Assembly (NCBI GenBank): GCA_964388035.1
Contig: CAYLZE010000065.1
Location: 1 to 29,560, forward strand
DNA from: an uncultured archaeon
Lineage (GTDB): Archaea; Asgardarchaeota; Lokiarchaeia; Sigyniarchaeales; SOKP01
Reading direction: 5' to 3'
Length of the DNA stretch: 29,560 nt
This document shows positions 9,699 to 20,213 of the stretch, piece by piece. The first letter of the stretch is position 1, and each line of letters starts with the position of its first letter. The translations under genes and the position numbers were made by a program. The notes beneath the pieces are model-generated. The model saw only the letters and a list, made by a program, of their open reading frames with translations. It was not told the origin of the DNA and made no database searches.

Positions 9699-10517
9699 TC
9701 ATGGTAGTTCTCCACGAACGATAAAATACACAATACTTGCAAAATAGCGATTATTCTTAATATTAGATTTAATTTCTGCAACCCAGGATTCATATTCTTG
9801 TTTTGTGATAATTTTTTGTTCTAAGGCGCTTACCGCAGCGTGCCAGAGCGTTTGCGTTATAGAGCTATTCTCATCAGTGGTGATGCTGATAATAGGAAAT
9901 ATGGATACCCTATCTAATCCTCTGGATCTCAATAGACGATAGAGTTGTCGCCCGCTCCAATTATTTCCATCTTTATGATCAGTTCTCCAATGAAATATCC
10001 GCCGCGTTAATTCTCGATTTGAATGATCCACCACGAGAGTTTCAAAATCCCAATCCATTAATACAATTCTTCCCCCTGTTTTTGTCACCCGAATTAATTC
10101 TGTTATTATCTGGGAAGGCTTGTTGATATACAATAATAACCGAGCAGCAAAAGATCCGTCAAAAAGTCCATCAGGATAAGGTAATTTGCTTGCATCTCCT
10201 ATCTCAAATGAGAGAGATTTATCTAAACCTACTTTCTCTGCATAATCTTTCGATAATTTTACCATTTCAGGTGAAATTTCGACGCCAGTGACATGACCTT
10301 GGGGGCTCATGCTCTGTGCCATTAAACGACATAACACTCCGCTTCCACTCCCTACTTCTAAGATGTGTTCATTATTTCGAGGGTTGAGGACGTCTCTTAG
10401 AGTATAGTTCACTTGAACTTGATCTGGATATTTCGCTCTTTCTTCAAGAAATTCGACGATATTTTTAGCCTTTTGAGGATCCTCTGAACCATTTAACCAA
10501 ATATTCGTGGAATTCAT
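9699..10517 (-). CDS. Class I SAM-dependent methyltransferase (UbiE-like)
   Basis: Contains ILEVGSGSG, GDASKLPYPDGLFD and ELIRVTKTGGRIV motifs. Confidence 0.9.
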   Translation of the reverse strand: MNSTNIWLNGSEDPQKAKNIVEFLEERAKYPDQVQVNYTLRDVLNPRNNEHILEVGSGSGVLCRLMAQSMSPQGHVTGVEISPEMVKLSKDYAEKVGLDKSLSFEIGDASKLPYPDGLFDGSFAARLLLYINKPSQIITELIRVTKTGGRIVLMDWDFETLVVDHSNRELTRRIFHWRTDHKDGNNWSGRQLYRLLRSRGLDRVSIFPIISITTDENSSITQTLWHAAVSALEQKIITKQEYESWVAEIKSNIKNNRYFASIVYFIVRGELP

Positions 10518-10847
10518 TCTAAATTGTGAATTAAAGCCTTGTCTTCGTTAATAGTATTTGCTAATCATGTATATAATCTATTTTCACTTGTTTTATATAT
10601 AAATTTATCTAATTAAAATTTAATATCGTGAGATTAGCAAGAAAATCTTTAAATCAATGCTCCCTCTTTATAAAAAAATGAGGTGAGCCCTTTAATCTTG
10701 AAAAATATCATATAAGAATATTCACTTGGAAAGTTTTAAAATATTATATATAATAGGAGCTTGTTACACAAATTTATTAAAATACATACAACAAATAATA
10801 TATTAATACTTTTTATTGAATATAATCACATAAAAAAAATATAAAAA

Positions 10848-12161
10848 ATGGCTGAAAAAATAGAATTTAAGAATTATTACATGGCGATCTTCTCATCTAA
10901 TTACCTGTTCCAGGGTATCGACCAATCTCTCTTCGCTGTGATTATCCCCATTTATCTTATCCAGTTTATTGGTGTCCTGGATGCAGCCGCTCTTGCTTTT
11001 TTGGGGAGCATTATAGGATTGCCTTGGATTTTAAAAATATTCTTCGGGATTATTGGAGACAAGGTTGGCTCAAGGAGATTCGGCAGGCGGAGGCCATGGA
11101 TAATCGCAATGATGACTTTAGCTGGGCTCATGTGGATTTTACTCGGAACCCCTAATTTATTCACCAAAGAGAATGCCATGAGCGTTTTTACTATCATGGG
11201 AATACTAATTTTTACGGGCGTAGCGTGGAGTGATACAATCATCGATGGATTGCTCCTAGATATTTGTCCTAAAGAAAAATTAGGACGCGCCTCTGGTTTT
11301 AACTGGGGTCTTCGGTCGGTCGGAGCTATTGCGGGAGGACCGATTCTGGCACTTTTGGTCGTATATGGTGGATTGGGAGTTCCCGTTCTTTTTATATTAG
11401 TGGGAATTTTCATGATATTAGCCTCTCTATTGACCATTATCATCAAAGAACCAAAAGAATATCCTGAAGTCATGGTCTTCACGCATTTAAAGGCCATGGT
11501 GAACAATAAACGGGATATAAAGACGTACGCCTTCTCTCTTTTCGCGGCAATTATCGATTCTGTCGTCATTCTTTTCGTTACTTTGTTCTTATTAATTCAA
11601 ATGGGGTTACTATCTTCGATAGGCACGAGTTTGTCCCTTACTTCTACCGATCCAATAATATATCTATATCAAGGATATTTGACCATGATCATTTCCGTCG
11701 GGATCGTAATAGGTTCTATTGTAGGCGGACAAATAGCGGATAAAAAAAGTAGAAAATTAAGTGTTTACTTGGCATATATAATAACGACTGGATCATTGTT
11801 ATTAATGTTGATTCCTTCCGTTTGGGGCGTTCTGTTATTTTTCTCAACGATTATTGGTTTAGCCATCGGTTGGCGTCATTCAAGCTATGCCTCCGTGGTA
11901 ACGGGAATATCAAAGAACCATCCTGAAATGGTTTCTACTTATTACAGCATTACTAATGCATTCGCAAATCTCGGTGGGATTTTGGGCTTGTCTTTAACGG
12001 GTGTCATTTTAGCACAAACGGCTTCCTATCTCATGGTATTCCTTTTCATGGCGATCATCAGTAATTTAGGTTTAGTCGGTTTTGCGCTGCTAAGTCCAAA
12101 GGATTATGAATTAGAAATTCCCGCTCCTGAAGAAATGATGGAAGAAGGCATAAAACCATAA
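10848..12161 (+). CDS. MFS transporter (AmpG/BT1-like)
   Basis: 437 aa, about 12 TM. Contains LPWILKIFFG, GRRRPW, SDTIIDG and GGQIADKKSRK motifs. Confidence 0.88.
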   Translation: MAEKIEFKNYYMAIFSSNYLFQGIDQSLFAVIIPIYLIQFIGVLDAAALAFLGSIIGLPWILKIFFGIIGDKVGSRRFGRRRPWIIAMMTLAGLMWILLGTPNLFTKENAMSVFTIMGILIFTGVAWSDTIIDGLLLDICPKEKLGRASGFNWGLRSVGAIAGGPILALLVVYGGLGVPVLFILVGIFMILASLLTIIIKEPKEYPEVMVFTHLKAMVNNKRDIKTYAFSLFAAIIDSVVILFVTLFLLIQMGLLSSIGTSLSLTSTDPIIYLYQGYLTMIISVGIVIGSIVGGQIADKKSRKLSVYLAYIITTGSLLLMLIPSVWGVLLFFSTIIGLAIGWRHSSYASVVTGISKNHPEMVSTYYSITNAFANLGGILGLSLTGVILAQTASYLMVFLFMAIISNLGLVGFALLSPKDYELEIPAPEEMMEEGIKP

Positions 12162-12269
12162 CCTATTCTTTAATTTTTAATTTTTTTTTTTAATTAATTT
12201 TATTAAAATAAATCTATCTATGACTTCTGATTTCTATAACAATATAGAAGCATGAATAATTAATAGGCA

Positions 12270-13220
12270 ATGAAAATGAAAATAGCTATTTCAGGAGTAT
12301 CTGGATATCTTGCATCTTCAATTATCCCCTTAATGGAAAAAGATACTGATATAGATTCCATAATAGGCATGGATATAATAAAGCCGAAAGAAAGTTACAC
12401 AAAATTAAATTTCATTAAAAGAGATGTGAGAGATGGCCGAATTCAAGAGGATCTAAAAGGATGTGATGCACTTGTACACTTAGCATTCATCGTGAGTCCC
12501 TTGAAGTCAATACAGGAAATGTATTCGATTAACGTGGAAGGAAGTAAAAACATTTTTGATTGCGCGGTGAAAGCGGGAGTTAAGCAAATTATTCATGCCA
12601 GTTCCGTCGCAGCTTACGGTTCCTTTCCCGATAATCCCGTTCCCATCACGGAAAACCATCCCATACGATTGATGAAAAAAAAATACTATTATCATGAAAC
12701 GAAATACATTATCGAGAAATACTTAGATGAGCTTGAAGTGAAAAATCCCGATCTCATGATTACACGCTTGCGCCCTCACATATTCTTGGGTCCTCAAATA
12801 AATAACTCCTTTAGAGACTTGTTAACGGCGGAAAAACTCACGTCATTTTTCCCCGATAATCTAGAGCAATACGTTTGGGTGGATGATGTGGCCCACGCTT
12901 TTTACTTGTCTCTTAAAAAGAGAGTTCATGGTGCATACAACATCGCAGCCGATAATCCTTTAACCTCAAGAGAAATAGCCAGAGCATTGAATAAAGAAAT
13001 TAAAAAACCCCCTTATAAATTAATGCTGGCACTCTTTTCTTTGACCTACAAATTCCATGTTCAAAGAACCATGCCCCCTGGATGGTTACGCATGACTCGG
13101 TACCCCATTATTGTTGATTGTAGTAAAGCAAAAAAAGAATTGGGATGGTCGCCAAAATATGATACCCTACAAACGTTAGTGGCGTTTGAAAATTCTTTAA
13201 AGGAAATTGAAAGGACATGA
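12270..13220 (+). CDS. NAD-dependent epimerase/dehydratase (extended SDR)
   Basis: Rossmann-type SGVSGYLAS motif, plus VHLAF, INVEGSKN, SSVAAYG and YHETK (YxxxK). Confidence 0.9.
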   Translation: MKMKIAISGVSGYLASSIIPLMEKDTDIDSIIGMDIIKPKESYTKLNFIKRDVRDGRIQEDLKGCDALVHLAFIVSPLKSIQEMYSINVEGSKNIFDCAVKAGVKQIIHASSVAAYGSFPDNPVPITENHPIRLMKKKYYYHETKYIIEKYLDELEVKNPDLMITRLRPHIFLGPQINNSFRDLLTAEKLTSFFPDNLEQYVWVDDVAHAFYLSLKKRVHGAYNIAADNPLTSREIARALNKEIKKPPYKLMLALFSLTYKFHVQRTMPPGWLRMTRYPIIVDCSKAKKELGWSPKYDTLQTLVAFENSLKEIERT

Positions 13221-13360
13221 GCTGATCATTTTTAGTAACCTGGATATTATGAAATTGAAGATCTTCGGCAGAAAATTATTAAATTATAATCAATATTCTT
13301 ATTATAAGTATCATTTTTGAATAAGTATTAAAAAAGAATATTTTCGAGCAACAGGTCATC

Positions 13361-13780
13361 ATGGGAAGAAGAACGAGAGGGCGATGGGTTAAAAGAACGC
13401 CGAGCAATTTTTATTTTAATGAAGCCCCTTCTTCGCTCGATACTGCCGTCATTCTAGGAATTGCAGAATTTGAAGCCATGCGATTGAAACATTATTTAGA
13501 CCTAAATCAAAAAGAAGCAGCGGACATGATGGGGGTATCCCAACCTACCTTCTCGAGGATCTTGGAAGAAGCCCATAAAAAAACCACGCAAGCGTTGATT
13601 GAAGGAAAAGCAATAAGAGTATCCGGAGGAAATATTAATTATAAAAAGGGATTTATTGGATATGGATGCTTGGAATGTGGTGCGGAATGGGAAGATGAAA
13701 CCGCGTCCAAGGAAAAGCGCGTGGAGTGTCCTAAATGTAGTTCTAAAAGTGTTTATTATTTGGTCAAAGAGCCTATATGA
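13361..13780 (+). CDS. DUF134 (UPF0251) HTH protein with C-terminal zinc ribbon
   Basis: EFEAMRLKHYLDLNQKEAADMMGVSQPTFSRIL, followed by CxxC...CxxC. Confidence 0.9.
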   Translation: MGRRTRGRWVKRTPSNFYFNEAPSSLDTAVILGIAEFEAMRLKHYLDLNQKEAADMMGVSQPTFSRILEEAHKKTTQALIEGKAIRVSGGNINYKKGFIGYGCLECGAEWEDETASKEKRVECPKCSSKSVYYLVKEPI

Positions 13781-13890
13781 TTAAATATTAAAAGACTCGT
13801 GACTAACTTTTAGTTTATGTCTATTTTTAATGGTATGAATAAAATGCATGTTTGCATGTAATTATAAAATAAAAACATAAAATTGATAGC

Positions 13891-14970
13891 ATGAATAATC
13901 CGGAATCTGATTTAACTATATATAGAAAACTGCAAGAACATCTTAACAATTTACCGGTTGGTTTTCCTGCCACGGAATCTGGAGTGGAAATTAGAATCCT
14001 TGAGCATTTATTTGCTCCTGAAGAGGCAAGAATTGCAATCCATTTAAGTTATCTCCCTGAACCCATTGATAAAATTTATAGGAAGGTAAAACGTGAAAAT
14101 CTAACTAAAGAACAGCTACGAGAATTATTAAATAAGATGATTCAAAAGGGATCCATTAATTACGGAGAATTAAAGGGTGAAAAAGTATATGGAAACTCCT
14201 TTCTCGCAATAGGCATGTATGAATATCAATTAGATCGATTAACCCCTGATTTTGTTAAGGATTTTCATCAATACGTGGATGAAGCTTATTTGGAAGAGTT
14301 TCATCGTAAAACCTCCCAAATTAGAGTGATTCCCGTTGAGAAAAGCCTCTCACCAGATTTGGGGGTTGCCACCTATGAAAATGCCCGGAAAATAATTGAA
14401 AATTCTGGAGGTCCCATTGCGGTGGCAGAATGCATCTGTAAAAAAGGTCAAGACTTGATTGGAGAACCTTGTAAAAGAACCACCCTGCGAGAGATTTGCT
14501 TCTCTTTTAGAGGAGCTGCAAGTTTTTATATTGATAAAGGATTTGCCAGAGAAATTGATAAAGAAGAAGCATTAACCATTTTAACAAAAGCTGAGCAAGA
14601 TGGATTAATCCTCCAAACGGGAAACTCTCAAAAACCAAGCTTTTTATGTTGTTGCTGCACGTGTTGTTGCGGCTTGCTGCGAAGTGAAAAGAAGCTTGAT
14701 AATCCCTCAGATTACGTGTTGAATAACTATCGTGCTCAAATCGATACTGATCTCTGCAATGGATGTAATGCTTGTCTCGATACATGTCAAATGGAAGCAA
14801 TCAAGACCGAGAATGATTTTGTAACCATAAATAAAGCACTCTGTATTGGATGCGGAAATTGCATCATTACATGCCCACAATCCGCCATAAGTCTCATTAA
14901 AAAAGAAATTATTCATGTCCCTCCCAAAAATACCTATGAGCTGTACTTGAATTTAATGAAAAACAATTAA
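13891..14970 (+). CDS. 4Fe-4S binding protein (N-terminal wHTH-like region, Cys-rich core, C-terminal 2x[4Fe-4S] ferredoxin)
   Basis: Contains CICK, CCCCTCCCG, CNGCNACLDTC and CIGCGNCIITCP motifs. Confidence 0.88.
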   Translation: MNNPESDLTIYRKLQEHLNNLPVGFPATESGVEIRILEHLFAPEEARIAIHLSYLPEPIDKIYRKVKRENLTKEQLRELLNKMIQKGSINYGELKGEKVYGNSFLAIGMYEYQLDRLTPDFVKDFHQYVDEAYLEEFHRKTSQIRVIPVEKSLSPDLGVATYENARKIIENSGGPIAVAECICKKGQDLIGEPCKRTTLREICFSFRGAASFYIDKGFAREIDKEEALTILTKAEQDGLILQTGNSQKPSFLCCCCTCCCGLLRSEKKLDNPSDYVLNNYRAQIDTDLCNGCNACLDTCQMEAIKTENDFVTINKALCIGCGNCIITCPQSAISLIKKEIIHVPPKNTYELYLNLMKNN

Positions 14971-15216
14971 AACTAATTAATGGATTTAGTTCTTTTAGTC
15001 GTATCATGTTCTACCCTAATATTATAAATATAACTTTTAGGGAAACAAAAAAAATACTTGCCTTTTAACTTAACAAAAATTTAAAGAAAATAAGCGATCC
15101 TCCGTCAAAGACGGTCATCTTCATAAGCTTTTTTTATTCCCACTATTTCATTTTCAAACAAAAAAAAAGATATAAAAAAAAAGGACTTCTTAAAAAAATA
15201 GAATTTATTAGATTAA

Positions 15217-16938
15217 TTACTTGCGTAAAACCTTCTTATCGATCTTTCCAACCGCCGTTAAAGGAAGTTCATTGACTATATGTAATACTTTAGGGACCTC
15301 ATAAGGAGCGCATTTTTCTTGGGCAAATTTCAAGATATCTTCTTTAAGTGCCGCCTCGTTACCATCATAATTAAAGTCGGGATCGAGTTGGATATACGCA
15401 TTCACGATTTCAGAGCCAGGACGGTCGGGATTCGGTACTCCAATCAATGCGATTTGACCCACGGCGGGATGTTCAGAAAGCTCATCTTCCACTTTCGTGG
15501 AAAATACTTTATAACCCCCGACAATGATCATGTCTTTCGTACGATCAACAATTCGAATGTATCCCTCCTTGTCCATTACTCCTACATCTCCCGTGTGCAT
15601 ATAGCCATCTTTATCTATTGCCTTTTTAGTTTCCTCGGGTTTATTGTAATACCCCTTCATTACTAGAGGACCCTTCACGCAGATCTCTCCCGGTTCTCCA
15701 ATTGGGACTTCCTTTCCCGAATCTGGATCTACAATTTTTAAATCGACATTTAAAAAGGGCATTCCAATGGTTCCCAGTTTTTTCGTTCCCAAAGAAGGAT
15801 TCATGGTCGATACGGGAGAGGTCTCGGTCATGCCATAGAGTTCTAGCAATTTTCCTTTTCCGATGATGCTTTCCAGCTCTTCTTGAGACTCTTTTGGAAA
15901 CGGTGATGCGGCAGAAACGCACGTACCCAGTTTTGAATGATCCAGCTCTTTAAAATTAGGATTTTTAATTAAGAGTTGATAAAGGGAAGGGACATTCACG
16001 AGATTTGTGACCTGATACTTTTGCATTGCATTGACAATATGGTCGGTATCCCGTGGATTAGGAACGAGGATTTGACTCCAACCCGAATAAAGTGCTGCCT
16101 CCGCAACTGTCAATCCCGCAATATGAAACATGGGAAAGCCCGAACACATGACTCCCATTCCTCTCTCCCATTGCAACCATTCAATTATGCTCTTGATATT
16201 GGACACGCAATTTCTATGTGTGAGCATGGCTCCTTTTGGTAATCCTGTAGTTCCTCCGGTATATTGTATCCAGCCCACATCATTCGGAGAGATGCTCACA
16301 TTGACGGGATCGGTGGGATAAGCTTTTATGACACCTTTCACGAAATTTATTACTTTTATGTTTTCAAGGGGAGTTACCTTCCCTTTTGGAACTTTATTTA
16401 ATGCCTTACCTAATACCTGCTTTATTTTAGGTAGAAAATCTGCAATATTCGTGGCAATAATAAGCTTGGTATCTTTTAATTTATCAGCTATTTTGGTGAT
16501 ATGACCGGCAAAAATGGCATCCAGCGTGATCAAGCCCACTTGTTTTTCTCCATTTCCTCCTAAATCATTCAATTGATATTCTATCTCCGGCGCGGAAAGA
16601 AGAGGGGATACCCCAGAAACGACGCATCCCGCCCTCAAAGTGCCTAATAATGCGATAATATATTGAGGCGAGTTTGCCACATTGATTCCTACCACGTCTC
16701 CTTTTTTAAATCCATTATCAATCAACATGTTAGCAAATTGATTCGCGTATTCATCAATTTGCTTAAAAGTAATTTCAACCCCCAGAAATTCCACGCACAT
16801 CTTTTCTGCGAAATCTTCAAATGTGGCCTTGCACATCTCAACATAGGTTGTTTCAAACTCCTTAGGATTCAGATCTTTAAGACCCTTATCCCAGTTCTTC
16901 TTCCAAAATTTGCTTGCGTAACTTAATTGTTCATTCAT
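15217..16938 (-). CDS. Long-chain fatty acid--CoA ligase (AMP-binding)
   Basis: Contains QYTGGTTGLPKG, YGMTE, MHTGDVG, VDRTKDMI and LPLTAVGKIDK motifs. Confidence 0.93.
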   Translation of the reverse strand: MNEQLSYASKFWKKNWDKGLKDLNPKEFETTYVEMCKATFEDFAEKMCVEFLGVEITFKQIDEYANQFANMLIDNGFKKGDVVGINVANSPQYIIALLGTLRAGCVVSGVSPLLSAPEIEYQLNDLGGNGEKQVGLITLDAIFAGHITKIADKLKDTKLIIATNIADFLPKIKQVLGKALNKVPKGKVTPLENIKVINFVKGVIKAYPTDPVNVSISPNDVGWIQYTGGTTGLPKGAMLTHRNCVSNIKSIIEWLQWERGMGVMCSGFPMFHIAGLTVAEAALYSGWSQILVPNPRDTDHIVNAMQKYQVTNLVNVPSLYQLLIKNPNFKELDHSKLGTCVSAASPFPKESQEELESIIGKGKLLELYGMTETSPVSTMNPSLGTKKLGTIGMPFLNVDLKIVDPDSGKEVPIGEPGEICVKGPLVMKGYYNKPEETKKAIDKDGYMHTGDVGVMDKEGYIRIVDRTKDMIIVGGYKVFSTKVEDELSEHPAVGQIALIGVPNPDRPGSEIVNAYIQLDPDFNYDGNEAALKEDILKFAQEKCAPYEVPKVLHIVNELPLTAVGKIDKKVLRK

Positions 16939-17208
16939 TTTTTTTCAATTCCATTAGATTTGTGATAAAATGTTATTAATAATATTATTGGATAATTTCT
17001 TTAATAAACTTTATAAATTTTTCATTATTCAATTGGAAAATTTTGTTTTTCTCGAATACTTCAATACGAAATAAATGACTAATTTGCTAAAATTTAATAG
17101 AAAAAATTAGAATTTCCTAAATAGCTTCGACTAAATATCATTGATAATTTTGGAGAATCAATTTTGCGTAATTAAAAAGTAAAGAATAGATATTAGAAAA
17201 AAAGAAAA

Positions 17209-18411
17209 TTAGAAATCGATATCTTTTCCTTCATAAGCATATCGATATAGTTTTTTGAAATCTTCTCCTGACGCCGAACGAGGAGCCATGACCCCGCTAC
17301 TGTCTTGATAAACGAGACTTACTAAATCATCGAGATTTTTTTCCATCTCTTCCTCGGGAATGCCCAATTCCTTGAAGCTAAGAGGCAATTTAACCTGTTT
17401 TTGAAGTGCTACTATTTTTTCTATTAGCTTGTTAGCTGCAGATTTATCACTATCTTCCCATTTTGCCCATCCTAATTGTTTAGCGAATCTGGCATTGATC
17501 TCAATGCTTTTTTTACCCACTTCACTTGGATCATTCATGCAAAATTGCGTTACATATTTTAGGAGAATTCCGACGCATACTCCATGAGGTGTATGAAAAA
17601 TAGCACCCCAACTATGACCCATGGCATGCCCAATGTGGACTTGTCCATTTCCAAAAGCGAGCCCTGCCATTGTTGCGGCTTGATGTAATTTATCTCTTGC
17701 CTCTAAATTTTTTCCATCCTTATAAGCAATGGGTAAATAATTGAAAATGAGTTCAATGGCTTTAAGGGCCAGAGCATCACTAAAATCATTCCTCCAGCTA
17801 GAAATGATACCTTCAATAGAGTGTGCTATTGCATCAAAACCAGTACTGGCAGTCAGTTCTTTAGGCATCCCAGTGGGAAAAATGGGGTCAACAATCGCAT
17901 ACGTGGGGATTAACCCCCGATGCACATACATGTATTTCTTCCAAATATTATCTTGGAAACGCGAGATAACTGCAGCATAAGTTGTTTCAGCGCCTGTCCC
18001 GGAAGTGGTGGGAATGGCAATCAATTTTGCTTTCTTCCCCATGTCATACATGTCAGATCGGAACGCATGGATATCATCTAACTGGAAATCCTGAAATTCA
18101 TATAATGCCCACACTGTTTTTGCCGTGTCCATCACGGAGCCACCCCCTAGTGCTATAATCAAATCCGGAGCATAGTTAATACATTGTTCTCTGGCTTTTA
18201 AAACCCCTTCTTCATGCGGATCGGGAACGACATCATTGAATATTTTGTACTCTTTCCCATAGCTATCGAGCTTATCGGTTAAAATTTTTAAATAGCCGAT
18301 TTTTTCAATCATCTTATCCGTTATAATAAAGCATTTTGCACCCGTAATATTTTCCAAAAAGCTTAGAGCATCTTCACCATAAATTATATTTGGAGAGAAA
18401 AAATACCACAT
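17209..18411 (-). CDS. Iron-containing alcohol dehydrogenase
   Basis: Contains GGGSVMD, IPTTSGTGAE, GFDAIAHSIE and GHAMGH...HG motifs. The start is placed at ATG 18411 (GAGGT upstream) rather than 18486. Confidence 0.92.
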   Translation of the reverse strand: MWYFFSPNIIYGEDALSFLENITGAKCFIITDKMIEKIGYLKILTDKLDSYGKEYKIFNDVVPDPHEEGVLKAREQCINYAPDLIIALGGGSVMDTAKTVWALYEFQDFQLDDIHAFRSDMYDMGKKAKLIAIPTTSGTGAETTYAAVISRFQDNIWKKYMYVHRGLIPTYAIVDPIFPTGMPKELTASTGFDAIAHSIEGIISSWRNDFSDALALKAIELIFNYLPIAYKDGKNLEARDKLHQAATMAGLAFGNGQVHIGHAMGHSWGAIFHTPHGVCVGILLKYVTQFCMNDPSEVGKKSIEINARFAKQLGWAKWEDSDKSAANKLIEKIVALQKQVKLPLSFKELGIPEEEMEKNLDDLVSLVYQDSSGVMAPRSASGEDFKKLYRYAYEGKDIDF

Positions 18412-18609
18412 TTTATTAGACCTCGCAACATTCTTAATTAAATTGTTTACTATTAATTTTGAATTGTTATTAATGTTAAATATCACGAATATCTAATTAA
18501 ATATTTCATTGAAATTTTAAAAAAAAGTTAAAGATAAAGATAAACTAAGATTACTCCCAGAATTTAGCTCTTCTCAGAAGTGAGTATTATTTTGCTTAGG
18601 ATTTTTTAA

Positions 18610-20070
18610 TTAACTTGGATTTTTTGCTTTTTCTGTCTCTAATTCTTTTTTTCTTTTTAATTCGTGTTCTTTCTTACTAAGCACTATTTTTCTCAATTCC
18701 TCAGAAGAATAATTCTTCAACGAATGGATGATCCTTATGATTGCTCTTGTTAGTGGTTCGAAACTTTCTTGGTGTACTTTATCTAAAGTATCTGCGGGAT
18801 CAAATAAATAAGGAGGTGCCGTTAAAAACGAAATGATGGGGACTCCCTTCGGATGATAAAAGCATCCGTCTGTAGGTGGTTTATCATTTCCAGGAGGAAA
18901 TCCATCAGGAGGAAGAAATATTGAACGCTTCAAATTTTCTTGAATAATTGCCTCTTCCACGATCTGTTCTAATGGTAGTATTCGACTGACAAACCACCAG
19001 CGTACTGTGGGGGAATCTAAAGGGATTAAATTGCCATTTTCTGATGTAATATCACGAGCAAGGTGTTCTAAATGGATAGCTACGACGGTTTTCTTTAAAA
19101 TATCTTCATGGGATTTCACAAAAGATTGGGCCCCTTGAGCACCTGCCATGTGAGCTCCACTCATTAAGAATATCAAATTAAAAGGACGCTGTTCCCTCGG
19201 GATTTGAGACCAATAATTTGCTTGTGCGAGGACTAATGCCATCCCAGTAGCATCTTCAACCGCAGAATTCCAAGGTCCATCATGATGGGTTCCAATGATT
19301 ATCCAATCCTCTGAATTTCCTTTTAACGTTCCCACTATATTATGAGAAAGAGAATCAGAGATCTTAGCTTCATAAGATAACTTACATCGAACAGTATCTT
19401 GTTCCATGAGTTCCAAGATTTGTTTAGAATTTTTTGGACTAATCCAAACCGCGGGAATGTTCCTTTCTTCAGCATCATAAGGCACGTAATATTTGTCTGT
19501 TTCCCAAGGAAAATTAGTAAGAAGACCAATGAAAGCACGAGCCCCTTTTTTAATGGAATTATCCAATTCATTGCGGAATGTAAGACTCGTGGGTAATAAT
19601 TGAGTTAAATTTTTAAATTCATTATCGGGATCATAATATCTATCCACCATCGCCATCTTTTTTAATACCAATAATGGTAATGTGAACATGTCCACTTTTG
19701 AAACTACGATCTTTCCTGTTAAAGGTACATTATTGGAATACATTACTAATTCTCCTTCTACATTGTCTTTTGGTGTAGTATAGGGAAGAGGAAAATTCGA
19801 TATTTCAAAAGGAAGAGAATGGTTATCTTTTGTCCATGCTATTAAGGTACCCTCTTCTGCATCCCATTTCTTTATCGAGATTGGTTCTAATTCGATGTTC
19901 TCTAACCCACATTCTTCAAATTGAGTCTTTACCCATTTTTCTATTTGAATATCTGCCGGGTAGCCCGGACGACGAATGCCGTGATTATATATGATAGATG
20001 TCCATTCCATCATTTGCTTCATGGAAGGCACGAGTTCAAATTTAAGAACTGAAGGGTCGTTTATACTCAT
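18610..20070 (-). CDS. M28-family metallopeptidase-like protein with PA-like insert
   Basis: Contains HNIVGTL, IIGTHHDG, SAVEDATG and TDG...DTLDKV motifs. The catalytic motif is atypical. Confidence 0.8.
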   Translation of the reverse strand: MSINDPSVLKFELVPSMKQMMEWTSIIYNHGIRRPGYPADIQIEKWVKTQFEECGLENIELEPISIKKWDAEEGTLIAWTKDNHSLPFEISNFPLPYTTPKDNVEGELVMYSNNVPLTGKIVVSKVDMFTLPLLVLKKMAMVDRYYDPDNEFKNLTQLLPTSLTFRNELDNSIKKGARAFIGLLTNFPWETDKYYVPYDAEERNIPAVWISPKNSKQILELMEQDTVRCKLSYEAKISDSLSHNIVGTLKGNSEDWIIIGTHHDGPWNSAVEDATGMALVLAQANYWSQIPREQRPFNLIFLMSGAHMAGAQGAQSFVKSHEDILKKTVVAIHLEHLARDITSENGNLIPLDSPTVRWWFVSRILPLEQIVEEAIIQENLKRSIFLPPDGFPPGNDKPPTDGCFYHPKGVPIISFLTAPPYLFDPADTLDKVHQESFEPLTRAIIRIIHSLKNYSSEELRKIVLSKKEHELKRKKELETEKAKNPS

Positions 20071-20213
20071 TTCAATTACTTAATTTTTATTATTGATACC
20101 AATAATCATGGAATGAATGTCAATTTAACTTTAAAGAAAAAAAGACCTTCTAAAAGTGTAATTTTTTGAATTGGATATAAATTTTTATATTTGATCCTCA
20201 CGAATAGATCATT

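Noticed and set aside
10952-11569. 205-aa antisense ORF, and the other short overlapping ORFs in the track
   Set aside because: They are shadows of well-supported genes on the opposite strand or in another frame, with no recognisable motifs.
15092-15130. GC-rich mini hairpin CCGTC-AAA-GACGG as a SECIS element or ncRNA
   Set aside because: The stem is only 5 bp and neither flanking gene has an in-frame TGA. It lies between convergent genes and is at most termination-related.
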